This document shows, piece by piece, positions 9,336 through 19,166 of a stretch of 64,000 bases of DNA. Below the pieces are notes generated by a model. The model was given only the letters and a program-made list of their open reading frames with translations. It was not told the origin of the DNA and searched no databases. The stretch covers positions 62,001 through 126,000 of the IMG/VR virus record IMGVR_UViG_3300010403_000705, one strand, 5' to 3'. Both the position numbers and the translations under genes were made by a program. The first letter of the stretch is position 1; each line of letters opens with the position of its first letter.

Positions 9336-10624
9336 TGAAAGAAAATAATTTATTGAATATTGATGAATTAATAGCTCTATTTATGGAAGAGCATAAGCAA
9401 GGTATTATTACTTTACATAAAACTTATTTTAGTAATAATGAATTATCAATTGAAAAATTAATTTCCGAACTAATCGTGGAACTTAGAACTGGCTGCGTTG
9501 ATTTTCTTAACAAAGAATATCCGCAGTCAGAGCTAGGTTCTTATTTATTTTATATAGCTAACGAATTCTGTAAGAAAAAATCAATACCAATTATTAAGAA
9601 AAAATCAGAATACATATGTCCAGGCTGTATGTTTTTGAACAAACATACAGGCTTGTTAGCAAGTAACAATGGTATATTTATTTGCAAAAAATGCGAATTA
9701 GGTCTGGAAAAATCTATAGATCGTAAAGATATTTTGTTGTATAAAACATTTTTTATTCACAATAAGCAAGGATATCGATGTGATAATTGTTCAAGATTTA
9801 TTCCACATCCGTTAGATAATAATACGGTTATTTCATGTCCTTATTATGATTGTATGTTTGTGGGAAGCTGGGATAAATTAAAAAGAATGCATCACCCAGT
9901 TGCTGCAGATAAAAATGATGGTGTTGAAACAATTAAATTAGTAGAAAAATTAGAACCTATAACACCAGAGAAAATTGATAAAACATTACAAGATCAGATA
10001 TGTCATTTAAAAAATATTATTAATTCACAAATAGATAGTGTGGCATATTCTAGTTCTGAATTTACTATAAAAAATAAACTTTGTTGCTATCGAGCATTTT
10101 TAAATTTGCTCGATAAATTCCCTATGGGAATGGTAAATTATTTGCTGCATAATAGTAGAAGTGGAGGTTTTCAACAAAAGATATTTCAAGAGTATATAAA
10201 TATTTTAGAAAAATCTCTTCCTTATTCTTTTAAGAAAAATAATAAAATTTATAAGATTGAATCTTTGCTGGACGAACAATTATCATTGTTCGACGGCATA
10301 AGTGTATTTGAAGGGGTCGTTTCACCAAAACTAGAAGTGAAAAATAATACTAGCGAGTTTTACATTGGTGGACGAAAAGCCTCTTACGCTAAGCCTTATT
10401 ATATTGGTAAAATCTTATCAATCTCTGATAAGAAGACTAAAGAGTCTTTAATGAATAATATTGAAGAATATGGGTTTTTTAAAATTAAATTAAAAAATGT
10501 ATCTCCTGGTATAGAGGTGATCGTAAGTCATTTGAGAATACCGCCTCATTATCAAATGGGCGGTATGGTATATGTTAATAGATTAAGAAAAAATATAATT
10601 GAACAAGCTCGTTCAGAATTTTAG
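9335..10624 (+). CDS. hypothetical protein with multiple Zn-ribbon motifs
   Basis: CPGC, CKKC, CDNC, CPYYDC in 429 aa. Confidence 0.65.
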   Translation: MKENNLLNIDELIALFMEEHKQGIITLHKTYFSNNELSIEKLISELIVELRTGCVDFLNKEYPQSELGSYLFYIANEFCKKKSIPIIKKKSEYICPGCMFLNKHTGLLASNNGIFICKKCELGLEKSIDRKDILLYKTFFIHNKQGYRCDNCSRFIPHPLDNNTVISCPYYDCMFVGSWDKLKRMHHPVAADKNDGVETIKLVEKLEPITPEKIDKTLQDQICHLKNIINSQIDSVAYSSSEFTIKNKLCCYRAFLNLLDKFPMGMVNYLLHNSRSGGFQQKIFQEYINILEKSLPYSFKKNNKIYKIESLLDEQLSLFDGISVFEGVVSPKLEVKNNTSEFYIGGRKASYAKPYYIGKILSISDKKTKESLMNNIEEYGFFKIKLKNVSPGIEVIVSHLRIPPHYQMGGMVYVNRLRKNIIEQARSEF

Positions 10625-11042
10625 TTATATGCAAAATTTGGCAAAAGTGAATTTATCTAGTTCTTTTTTTATTCGTGCTAGATGCAGTAGATGTGGACAA
10701 AAACCATTGTATTATTTTTATTCAAGAAATCCAGTTCTATGGTATGATCCAAATAAGAGTAAAAATATTTTTGATTTAATAAAACGTCACTATAAAAGGT
10801 TTTCTGTAGATGAATTTATTATAAATCATATTAGAGACGCAGCAAAGATAGGTTATTATAATCATTCTGTTAATTATAAAGGATATAAACCAAAATTACA
10901 TAGAACTAGGGGTGTAAACCCGGTTTTTGATTTTGTTGAGTTTCTTACTTGTAATTGTGGATATAGTATTTGGTCTTTCGCTGAAAAATCTATTGCTAAT
11001 AGAAAAGAAATTAATAATAGAAAAGCAAGATATAATTTTTAA
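10599..11042 (+). CDS. hypothetical Zn-binding protein (start probably ATG 10628)
   Basis: CSRC and CNC motifs. Confidence 0.55.
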   Translation: MNKLVQNFSYMQNLAKVNLSSSFFIRARCSRCGQKPLYYFYSRNPVLWYDPNKSKNIFDLIKRHYKRFSVDEFIINHIRDAAKIGYYNHSVNYKGYKPKLHRTRGVNPVFDFVEFLTCNCGYSIWSFAEKSIANRKEINNRKARYNF

Positions 11043-11076
11043 TGTTAACTACGATAATTTTTTATTTTAACAGCTC

Positions 11077-11104
11077 TTGAAATACTGAAAAATGATGTTA
11101 TCTT
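11077..11104 (+). promoter_or_regulatory. candidate sigma70-type promoter upstream of topA
   Basis: TTGAAA-N16-TATCTT with extended -10 TG; the same ATGTTATCTTA 11-mer occurs at 24939-24949, upstream of ORF 24974. Confidence 0.4.
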
Positions 11105-11160
11105 AGAATAGATAGAATAAAATAATTTATATTTTTGCTTGATAAATTTTGGGAATAACC

Positions 11161-12951
11161 ATGAAAACATTAATAATAGTCGAATCTCCTTCCAAAGGAG
11201 AAAGTATACAAAATTATCTTGGTAAAGATTTTATTGTAATGGCAAGTAAAGGTCACATTACTGATCTTGCAAAAGGTGGAAGGCATAATTTAGGAGTGGA
11301 TATTGAGGATAATTTTAAACCACGATATGTATTAATGGAAGACAAAGTTCAAACATTGAATCAACTGATTAATGCGGCAAAAAAAGTTGATCAAATTTTT
11401 GTAGCTTCTGATCCTGATAGAGAGGGAGAAGCTATTGCATGGCATCTTGCGCAAAGATTAGAAGGGGTAGGTAAACCGATTAAGAGAATGGTTTTTAATG
11501 AAATAAAAAAAGATAAACTACTAAAGGCAGTTAAAGATGTGCGTGATATTAATATGGACCTTTTTCATGCGCAAGAAGCTCGCCGAATATTAGATAGAAT
11601 TGTTGGTTTCATGGCTTCGCCGTTTCTAATGAATTTTTTTGGTCCAAAGCTTTCAGCAGGACGCGTACAATCTGTTGTAACAAAAATGGTTATTGATCGT
11701 GAAAGAGAAATAGAAGCTTTTGTACCAGAAGATTTTTGGACGATACAAGTAATATTATCTAAAGATAACAAAAATGGTTTTAGTACTAAATATTCTGGAA
11801 AATTACTAGATGCTAAAAATGCTGAATTGATGCGAGATAAATTAGCATCCGCTAGTGATTATGTGGTATCTGATGTTATTGCGGAAGAAGAGAAAAAAGG
11901 ACCTGTTGCACCATTGGTAACCTCTAGTTTACAGCGCTTAATGTCTAGACAATATGGGTTTTCGGCTGATAGAACTATGAAAGCTGCTCAATCGCTATAC
12001 GAATCTGGCTACTGCACTTATATTAGAACTGATTCTGTAAGAATAGGTGATGAGGCTTTAGCAGAAGTCCGACAATGGTTAACAGATAATAAATATGTAA
12101 TTCCTAAAAAACCAAATTCTTATAAGAATAAGGATGCGGCACAAGATGCCCATGAATGCATTAGACCATCTAATCTAACATTAATTCCAAATAATAATAT
12201 GTCAATAATTGATCCTGACGAAAAATTAGTTTATGAGTCTATCTGGAAATATTTTATTGCTAGTCAAATGATGCCAGCAGTATATAATACTTTAAAAATT
12301 ACTGCTCATGTAAAAGACGATAAAAAAGCAGAAGTTAAAGCATCTGGTAAAGCATTAAAAATAAGTGGATATTTAGATATTTTGGGAGTTGTAGATGATA
12401 GTAAAATCGATATTCCTAACCTAGACAAAGGTGATCCACTTAAACTTTTTGGTAAAATTCCAGTTAGGATGGAGAAAAAACAGACACAACCACCTCCAAG
12501 GTTTTCAGAGGATAAATTAATTAAAGAATTAGATATTAGAAATATTGGTAGACCAGCTACTTACGCAGATTTATTGAGCAAAATTTGTAATAGGAATTAC
12601 GTCGAAAAGAAAGGCAGCGTTTTCCATGCTACAGATCTAGGCAAACAAATTACTGATGTGCTGTCTGGTTATTTTGCATTTATGAATTATGATTATACTG
12701 CTAAAATGGAAAAATTGTTAGACGAAATTGAATGCGGTAAAATTAATCATACCGATATGTTAAAAAACTTTTATCCAGAATTTAAATCAGAATTAGATAA
12801 AGCATACCTTGGATATGGTGGCACATTGTGTGATAAATGTGGCAGTGCAATGGTAACAAGAACCGTTAAAATTTCTGGTAATAAATTTCTTGCCTGCTCT
12901 GCTTATCCAAGATGCAATAATACTAAGAATATGGAGAAAAATGAAAAGTAA
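11161..12951 (+). CDS. topA: DNA topoisomerase I (type IA)
   Basis: LIIVESPSK, ASDPDREGEAIAWH, SAGRVQS, catalytic YIRTDS, QDAHECIRP, GRPATY, C-terminal Zn ribbon. Confidence 0.97.
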   Translation: MKTLIIVESPSKGESIQNYLGKDFIVMASKGHITDLAKGGRHNLGVDIEDNFKPRYVLMEDKVQTLNQLINAAKKVDQIFVASDPDREGEAIAWHLAQRLEGVGKPIKRMVFNEIKKDKLLKAVKDVRDINMDLFHAQEARRILDRIVGFMASPFLMNFFGPKLSAGRVQSVVTKMVIDREREIEAFVPEDFWTIQVILSKDNKNGFSTKYSGKLLDAKNAELMRDKLASASDYVVSDVIAEEEKKGPVAPLVTSSLQRLMSRQYGFSADRTMKAAQSLYESGYCTYIRTDSVRIGDEALAEVRQWLTDNKYVIPKKPNSYKNKDAAQDAHECIRPSNLTLIPNNNMSIIDPDEKLVYESIWKYFIASQMMPAVYNTLKITAHVKDDKKAEVKASGKALKISGYLDILGVVDDSKIDIPNLDKGDPLKLFGKIPVRMEKKQTQPPPRFSEDKLIKELDIRNIGRPATYADLLSKICNRNYVEKKGSVFHATDLGKQITDVLSGYFAFMNYDYTAKMEKLLDEIECGKINHTDMLKNFYPEFKSELDKAYLGYGGTLCDKCGSAMVTRTVKISGNKFLACSAYPRCNNTKNMEKNEK

Positions 12952-13228
12952 AAGATTATCACATTTTGACCTGGAAGTTAGAAATGGTCTTTGTAATATA
13001 GATATAATTCAACACTCTGATACTAAAGAGATGGTCTCTGAAGATATTGTAGATGATACAGATGCAAATTCTTTGCAAGTATGGTGGGAAATAGTATTCG
13101 AAACTTGTCAGTATGAAACTGGTGCTGATTTTTCCAATAAAAGTTCATTTGTAATCTATAAATTAGATGATCTTAATAGATTATCAGAAGCTTTCCAGAA
13201 AGCTATTAAGGAAACTCGTAACAGATGA
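12941..13228 (+). CDS. hypothetical protein
   Basis: ATG 12941 has a GGAG RBS; preferred over the upstream TTG. Confidence 0.55.
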   Translation: MKSKRLSHFDLEVRNGLCNIDIIQHSDTKEMVSEDIVDDTDANSLQVWWEIVFETCQYETGADFSNKSSFVIYKLDDLNRLSEAFQKAIKETRNR

Positions 13229-14544
13229 GAAATAACAAAAAAAGTACAAAAACAGAGTGTATTGATTCAAAATTTTTTGAATCTCAAGAACATCTTTCTA
13301 GAGAAATATTAGATAAGATGAAGCCTCGGATTGAATCTGTGGGAGCTGACAGACCCACTGCTAATTTCATTGACTTAATGAATTGGGTAATGCATTCTTT
13401 TTCTTCCTATATGAAAGATCAAGAAAATTTAAATAAATATGTTAATAACAGAATTATCATTGATGGTCAGTTTTTAACTTTTTGTAAAGAAACTGGAGTA
13501 GATGTTAGTTGCTTATACAAAGATTCTATCATTTCTTGGAAGACTGATCACGACTTTGAAAAATTTTTTATGCAAGGCATTTTTTTAATTAAATCAAAAA
13601 ATGTGGAATTTTTACATGCCGCCTTGTTTCATAAAGGCAATCAGCATGAAGATGAAGTGAGTTTTTTTGTTGTTGTTTCAAATAATAATTATAATGAATA
13701 TGTAAAACTAAGAAATTCTTTTGATAATTGGGTTTTAAAAAGAGACAGAAGTAATCTTAATATACGAGTAATAGATGGAGAAGATATACCATATACTAAA
13801 GATTACAACTGGGATAGTTTATTTTTGCCCAGTGATATTAAAAAAGAGTTACAAAGTTTGGTTGAAAATTTTTTATCCTCTAAAGAATTTTATGAAAGTA
13901 ATAAGATTCCATGGAAAAGAGGAGTATTGTTATACGGTAAACCTGGTAATGGAAAAACTTCTATTATTAGAACTATAATATCTATGTATAATTTTAAACC
14001 TGTTACTATTGTGCCAGGAGGCAACGATGAGGCAGTTAGAGAAGCTTTTTCATATGCTGAAGAACAAAGTCCATCATTATTGTATTTTGAAGATTCAGAT
14101 TCTATGTTAGATAAAAATGTCGATACTTCTTCTTTTTTAAATTTAATGGATGGTATTTCAGCTAAAAACGGTTTATTAGTTATTGCTACTGCTAATGATG
14201 TGAAGAAACTAAAACCCAGTATTACAGATCGTCCTTCTAGATTCGATAGAAAATTTGAAATTCCTCTTCCAAATCAAGAAATGGCGTATATATATCTTAA
14301 GAGATGGTTTGGTTCTCTATTGACTAACAGTAAATGTAAAGAACTGTCTAAGTATGCAGAAAAATCAGAATTTTCTTACGCATACTTAAAAGAGCTTTAT
14401 ATTTCTGCTATGTTTGAAGCTTTAGCTCATAATCGTAAATCTCCAACAGAAAAAGATATAGAAAACTCTTTAAATCGTCTCATCAAAGATAAAAATATTA
14501 TTAACGGTAATAAAATAATAAGTACTGATAAGTATTTTAAATGA
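13225..14544 (+). CDS. AAA+ ATPase (BCS1/classic-clade-like)
   Basis: PWKRGVLLYGKPGNGKTS, LLYFEDSD, FLNLMDG, IATAN, DRPSRFDR. Confidence 0.9.
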   Translation: MRNNKKSTKTECIDSKFFESQEHLSREILDKMKPRIESVGADRPTANFIDLMNWVMHSFSSYMKDQENLNKYVNNRIIIDGQFLTFCKETGVDVSCLYKDSIISWKTDHDFEKFFMQGIFLIKSKNVEFLHAALFHKGNQHEDEVSFFVVVSNNNYNEYVKLRNSFDNWVLKRDRSNLNIRVIDGEDIPYTKDYNWDSLFLPSDIKKELQSLVENFLSSKEFYESNKIPWKRGVLLYGKPGNGKTSIIRTIISMYNFKPVTIVPGGNDEAVREAFSYAEEQSPSLLYFEDSDSMLDKNVDTSSFLNLMDGISAKNGLLVIATANDVKKLKPSITDRPSRFDRKFEIPLPNQEMAYIYLKRWFGSLLTNSKCKELSKYAEKSEFSYAYLKELYISAMFEALAHNRKSPTEKDIENSLNRLIKDKNIINGNKIISTDKYFK

Positions 14545-14570
14545 AAGTTAAAATAGGTTAGTTTACAATT

Positions 14571-14900
14571 ATGTCTCAAAATGATACGTTAAACAAAATG
14601 AAGAAAACTTTTAAACAGGCAGTAAAAGGAGGTGAAACCGCAAGCCACGACTCAAAAAATAATGAAGCTGTATTAGCTCAACCATTAGAAGTCAGAGTCT
14701 ATAATAATAATTTTGATAGAGCACTACGAGCATTTAGAGCATTGGTGCAAAAAGAACGAATACTATCAACATATAAAGAAAAACAAACTTACGAAAAACC
14801 TTCTCAAAGAAAAAGAAGAAAACGTAATGAAATGAAAAGAAAACTCTTGGAAAACTCTGATAAACAAAGAGTGTACAAAAAGAGTGAAATTATAGAATAA
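14571..14900 (+). CDS. rpsU: ribosomal protein bS21
   Basis: VRVYNNNFDRALRAFRALVQKERIL...YEKPSQRKRRK; about 38 aa N-terminal extension. Confidence 0.9.
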   Translation: MSQNDTLNKMKKTFKQAVKGGETASHDSKNNEAVLAQPLEVRVYNNNFDRALRAFRALVQKERILSTYKEKQTYEKPSQRKRRKRNEMKRKLLENSDKQRVYKKSEIIE

Positions 14901-14914
14901 TTAGGAAAAAGATC

Positions 14915-15610
14915 ATGTCTAACAGAAGCGTTAAAATATTCAGAAATTCCGACAGGGATAAACCTGAGGTACATAAAAATTATGTACCTCAATACCAAAC
15001 AATGGGTATTGAGCCAGAAGAATTCAAAAGTGCTATGATATCAGGTGTTACTTCATCAAAAGTAAGTACTGAAATACCATTAACTAATCCACGAGCTAAA
15101 AGATCAGCTGTTAGACAACCTTATGCAAAAGTGATTCCTTCCCCGGTCGGAAGGGGAAGAGGTCCTGTGCCTAATGTTGGAAATAATATGGAGCATACTT
15201 GGTCTTCTGTAAATGGTGAAATCATAGACGATTTGTCAGAAGAGTCAATTGATGATCAAAAAAAAATGATTGACAATAATGATTTCGTAACTTCTAATGC
15301 ATTAGGAATTAATGATTCTTCAGAGTCTGAGTACTCTGAGGAGTATATAAAATCTTATATGACACAAAAAGATTTGCAAGAAGTAATTGAAGAAAAAGAT
15401 ACATCAAGCTTACTTGATGTCCAAGAAGATGAATATGTTTTGTTAATTAAAGGAATACTTTGTGAGATAGGTTCTTTTGATTTTATTCAAAATGAAGTAA
15501 AAAAAATAGTATTTTCAGAACACGAACTGTATAGAGAAAATACTATTTCTGTAGATGATTTAATAGTTTTGAAAAGAATAAAAATAAAGATAGGTGTGTT
15601 TTTAGAATAA
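14915..15610 (+). CDS. hypothetical protein
   Basis: 231 aa ORF. Confidence 0.65.
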   Translation: MSNRSVKIFRNSDRDKPEVHKNYVPQYQTMGIEPEEFKSAMISGVTSSKVSTEIPLTNPRAKRSAVRQPYAKVIPSPVGRGRGPVPNVGNNMEHTWSSVNGEIIDDLSEESIDDQKKMIDNNDFVTSNALGINDSSESEYSEEYIKSYMTQKDLQEVIEEKDTSSLLDVQEDEYVLLIKGILCEIGSFDFIQNEVKKIVFSEHELYRENTISVDDLIVLKRIKIKIGVFLE

Positions 15611-15619
15611 GGAGTTATC

Positions 15620-16372
15620 TTGGAAAAAGAACCTAGAAAAGCTTCTGAAATTCTTTTAGAATTAGAAGCTAAGATTGATGTGTTAACTAGTATAGTAAGA
15701 ACACAGGATCTTAATATTAAAATTTTATCTAATAAAGTTAATTCATTATTGGAATTAGAAAAATCAGATAAAGTCACATCATCTTCTATTAAAATTGAAG
15801 CAGTTGACACTATTCCGTCTAAAATAAATTCAGAGTTTTTGGAAAGACAAGTGTTAATAAATCCTAATTCACAATTACCCCAGGAACAAGAGCCTAAAGG
15901 TTTTAGGAGAACCTCCAGACCAGAAACTTATGCTGGTGATAACAGTTATCTAAAATCACCAGTGGTAAGTAATTCTAGAATTTCAGAAGACTTTACTAAA
16001 CTACAAGAACCGGAAGTAGTAGTTCCTAAGGAGGCAATGAATTTTACGGAAGTGCCAGTGCCTCTTAAAAAAGATAAATTGTCGTCATCTACAACTATAG
16101 TGCCAGTCGTACAGAGAATTGTAGATAAAAACGGTAAATCAGTATTTTTAGCAGATGTAGAAATATTACTTATGGAGAATAAGCAGTCTATTTCTAAAAC
16201 TAGAACTAATGGTGCGGGCAAATGGATGGCTTCTTTACCAATAGGACAATACAGAATTTTTGTTCGTAAAAGAGAATCAATAAATAAAGAAAAATTAGAA
16301 GTGATGCAAGATATTCAAGTGGATGGAACACAGTCGCCATTAGAATTGAAAACAATGATTATTAAATCTTGA
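15620..16372 (+). CDS. hypothetical protein: N-terminal coiled coil, C-terminal prealbumin/carboxypeptidase-regulatory-like beta sandwich
   Basis: IVDKNGKSVFLADVEI...TRTNGAGKW...LPIGQYRI. Confidence 0.6.
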   Translation: MEKEPRKASEILLELEAKIDVLTSIVRTQDLNIKILSNKVNSLLELEKSDKVTSSSIKIEAVDTIPSKINSEFLERQVLINPNSQLPQEQEPKGFRRTSRPETYAGDNSYLKSPVVSNSRISEDFTKLQEPEVVVPKEAMNFTEVPVPLKKDKLSSSTTIVPVVQRIVDKNGKSVFLADVEILLMENKQSISKTRTNGAGKWMASLPIGQYRIFVRKRESINKEKLEVMQDIQVDGTQSPLELKTMIIKS

Positions 16373-16417
16373 TTAACTTTGAGATATTGACATATATGCT
16401 TCTTTGGAGAAAAATAT

Positions 16418-17119
16418 ATGTCATCACAATTTCAAATTATAGTTGCCGATCCGCCTTGGGATTTTAATGATCTTTTAAAAATGTCAGATGTTGCACGAGG
16501 ATCTAAATCTAATTATCTCACCATGTCAATGTCAGACATTCAACATTTACCTATAAATAAATATGCAGATCCAAACGGTGCTATTCTAGCATTATGGGTT
16601 CCGTCTTCTTTATTACAAGAAGGTTTGAATGTTCTATCAGCATGGGGATTTACACATAAACAAACTTATGTATGGGTAAAAACAAAAATAAATCCATTTG
16701 TACACATTACTAAAGAATTTTTTAATAACATAAAAAAAATTTTAGATAAGAATAGTGCGTTGAGCCCTCGTGCTATAATTTGTATAAAAAATGCATTGTG
16801 TAAAACATACTCACTGGATAATATTTTATCTTTTGGCATGGGTCGTTTATTTAGGCAAACTCATGAAATTTGTTTAATCGGAGTGAACAACAATAAAATA
16901 TATAAAAAATTAAATAATAGATCACAAAGATCTGTATCATTTGCAGAAAATTTAAAACATTCTGCAAAGCCAGAATGTTTACAAAACTCTTTGGAATTAA
17001 TGTTTCCAGATTCAAATAAATTAGAATTATTTGCCAGAAGAATCAAACCTAATTGGGTTTGTTTAGGTAATGAAGTATGTAATGGAGAAGATATTACAGT
17101 CTCTCTCGCTAAATTATAA
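16418..17119 (+). CDS. MT-A70 family N6-adenine methyltransferase
   Basis: IIVADPPW, LWV, WGF, VWVK, GMG..FRQTHEICLIG, HSAKP, KLELFAR, GNE. Confidence 0.9.
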   Translation: MSSQFQIIVADPPWDFNDLLKMSDVARGSKSNYLTMSMSDIQHLPINKYADPNGAILALWVPSSLLQEGLNVLSAWGFTHKQTYVWVKTKINPFVHITKEFFNNIKKILDKNSALSPRAIICIKNALCKTYSLDNILSFGMGRLFRQTHEICLIGVNNNKIYKKLNNRSQRSVSFAENLKHSAKPECLQNSLELMFPDSNKLELFARRIKPNWVCLGNEVCNGEDITVSLAKL

Positions 17120-17150
17120 ATAATGTTAATTAGAGGATTATTGTGTAGTT

Positions 17151-17669
17151 ATGTCTAAAAAAACACTTTTATTAAATGCAAGTTATGAAGTGCTTTCCTT
17201 TATTCCAGAACGAAAAGTTTTTAAACTATTATTCTCTCCTAAAGATAAAGTAGAGGTAATTTCTTCCTGGGATGATGAAATTGTTTGGAGTAATGGTAGA
17301 GTGAAGCATCCTTCTATTTTAAGATTAAAAAACCATGTTAAAAGAAATTATTTTAACTCTAATTTTAGTCGTAAAGCGCTTATTAAAAGAGATAGAAGCA
17401 CTTGTCAATATTGCGGTAAAAAATTAACCGCCTCTCAAATAACTATAGATCATGTTTTACCAAGGGCTCAAAGAGGTATTACATCGTTTATCAATTGTGT
17501 GGTCTGTTGTCAAATTTGTAATAATAAAAAAGCAGATAGGACACCAGAGCAAGCATCTATGATTTTATTAAAAAAACCAACACATCCGTCTTTTTCCGCA
17601 CATCATTATCTTGCAGACCCTCAAGAGTTTTGGCATAAAGACTGGGATGATTTCTTGGGCTCATCTTAA
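17151..17669 (+). CDS. HNH endonuclease (McrA-like)
   Basis: LLLNASYE, RDRSTCQYCG, TIDHVLPRAQRG, NCVVCCQICNNKK. Confidence 0.9.
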   Translation: MSKKTLLLNASYEVLSFIPERKVFKLLFSPKDKVEVISSWDDEIVWSNGRVKHPSILRLKNHVKRNYFNSNFSRKALIKRDRSTCQYCGKKLTASQITIDHVLPRAQRGITSFINCVVCCQICNNKKADRTPEQASMILLKKPTHPSFSAHHYLADPQEFWHKDWDDFLGSS

Positions 17670-17673
17670 TAAG

Positions 17674-17709
17674 GAAAAAGTGGCAATATATACATATTGC
17701 CACTTTTTC
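17674..17709. terminator. intrinsic terminator, possibly bidirectional
   Basis: GAAAAAGTGGCAATAT / ATAC / ATATTGCCACTTTTTC, 16-bp perfect arms just after the HNH stop. Confidence 0.8.
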
Positions 17710-17762
17710 ATTCAATAATTATGAATACTATATAGTTTCCTTATGATATATAGGATGGCACT

Positions 17763-18014
17763 ATGACACAACAGGTAAGTTACAACTGTATAGTTTGCGC
17801 TAAAGAATTTGATAACACTGATGAGTTGCATTCTGTAGCTTTGTCTAAAATTAATGTAACTAAATTTAAAATTTGCCAATCCTGTTTAAATATATCTGAT
17901 CCATCAGATGATTATTTACAAGTTCGTAAAATAGTAAATTCTTATGCGGAAACTACAGAAGCAAAACATTATTTTGAAGCAGTCAAAGAAATAATTGATT
18001 CTATCAAGAAATGA
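17763..18014 (+). CDS. small Zn-finger protein
   Basis: CIVC...CQSC. Confidence 0.55.
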   Translation: MTQQVSYNCIVCAKEFDNTDELHSVALSKINVTKFKICQSCLNISDPSDDYLQVRKIVNSYAETTEAKHYFEAVKEIIDSIKK

Positions 18015-18087
18015 TTATAATATTTTTTTTATCTTTGTATCTTATTTTGTGATAATAGTGACACCTTCAATATAATAGAATATTAAT

Positions 18088-18285
18088 ATGATCTGTGCAA
18101 ATTGCTCTAAACTAGCGTCTTTGAACACCAGTAAATCGTGTCTAAAATGTGGTAATAGTATATTTAATAATCTATCTGTAATATGTAATAAATGTTCGGA
18201 TGTTGACAAGCAATGTGTCGTGTGCTTAAAAAGAATGTTACCTACTAATAAATTAAGCAAAGGCTGTGGATGTGGTGGGAAATAA
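18088..18285 (+). CDS. small Cys-rich protein
   Basis: 4 x CxxC plus C-terminal GCGCGGK. Confidence 0.6.
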   Translation: MICANCSKLASLNTSKSCLKCGNSIFNNLSVICNKCSDVDKQCVVCLKRMLPTNKLSKGCGCGGK

Positions 18286-18288
18286 AAT

Positions 18289-18837
18289 ATGATTATTAAA
18301 AATGATGAAGAGTTACTAAGAATTAAATGTGATAATGTAACTGAAGATGAAGTTGGATCACTTATTGAATTGTTAGAAAATGAATTAAATGCAGCTAATA
18401 GGCTGGGTGTGGAAGGTATAGGATTATCAGCTATTCAAGTGGGTGTGCGTAAGAATATTGCTATTGTTAGATTAAAAGATATATCTTTTAACTTAGTAAA
18501 TTGCACAATCAATCAAGCTTATGATCCTGCTATTTTTAGACAAGAAGGATGTTTATCATTTCCTGGACGAGTAGAAGATACTATAAGATTCCAAGAAATT
18601 CACGTTGTTGATAATTTAGTGTATCCTCACAATTTTATAGCTACTGGTCTATTATCTGTAATATGCCAACACGAAATTGATCATTTGAATGGTGCATTAT
18701 TTATGGATCGTGTGAATAGTATAAATACAGTTTCAAGAAAAAAAAATAAGCTTGGACCAAATGATCTTTGTATTTGTGGCAAAGTAGATCCACGTACTAA
18801 ACATCCTAAAAAATTTAAAAAATGTTGCGGTAAATAG
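18289..18837 (+). CDS. def: peptide deformylase with C-terminal SEC-C motif
   Basis: GIGLSAIQ, EGCLS, QHEIDHLNG; tail KLGPNDLCICG...KKFKKCCGK. Confidence 0.93.
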   Translation: MIIKNDEELLRIKCDNVTEDEVGSLIELLENELNAANRLGVEGIGLSAIQVGVRKNIAIVRLKDISFNLVNCTINQAYDPAIFRQEGCLSFPGRVEDTIRFQEIHVVDNLVYPHNFIATGLLSVICQHEIDHLNGALFMDRVNSINTVSRKKNKLGPNDLCICGKVDPRTKHPKKFKKCCGK

Positions 18838-19160
18838 TGAATTTATATAATTTATTTAATATAAATCTTCCGGTATGTTTTTATTGTTCATCTAAATGTA
18901 TTTCTCGAGGTCACAATATATTTTGTTGTGAGATATGTAAACATGAATATTTAAAAAATGATGTTTGTTTTGTGATGCAATGTAAAGATATTTTTATTAC
19001 ACATTCTCCGTTCGTGCCTTATCATTTTTCTATAGCATATAAAGAGTGGGATACTAAAAATGATTTTTCTGTACAGATAGAAATTCCATCATTTGATATA
19101 ACTAAAATGGATGAAGAAAAACTTTATAATAAAATAAAATTATATATAACGTTTACTTGA
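18837..19160 (+). CDS. hypothetical Zn-ribbon protein with C-terminal ..KIKLYITFT
   Basis: CFYC, CEIC; GTG start overlaps the def stop. Confidence 0.55.
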   Translation: MNLYNLFNINLPVCFYCSSKCISRGHNIFCCEICKHEYLKNDVCFVMQCKDIFITHSPFVPYHFSIAYKEWDTKNDFSVQIEIPSFDITKMDEEKLYNKIKLYITFT

Positions 19161-19166
19161 GGGCGT

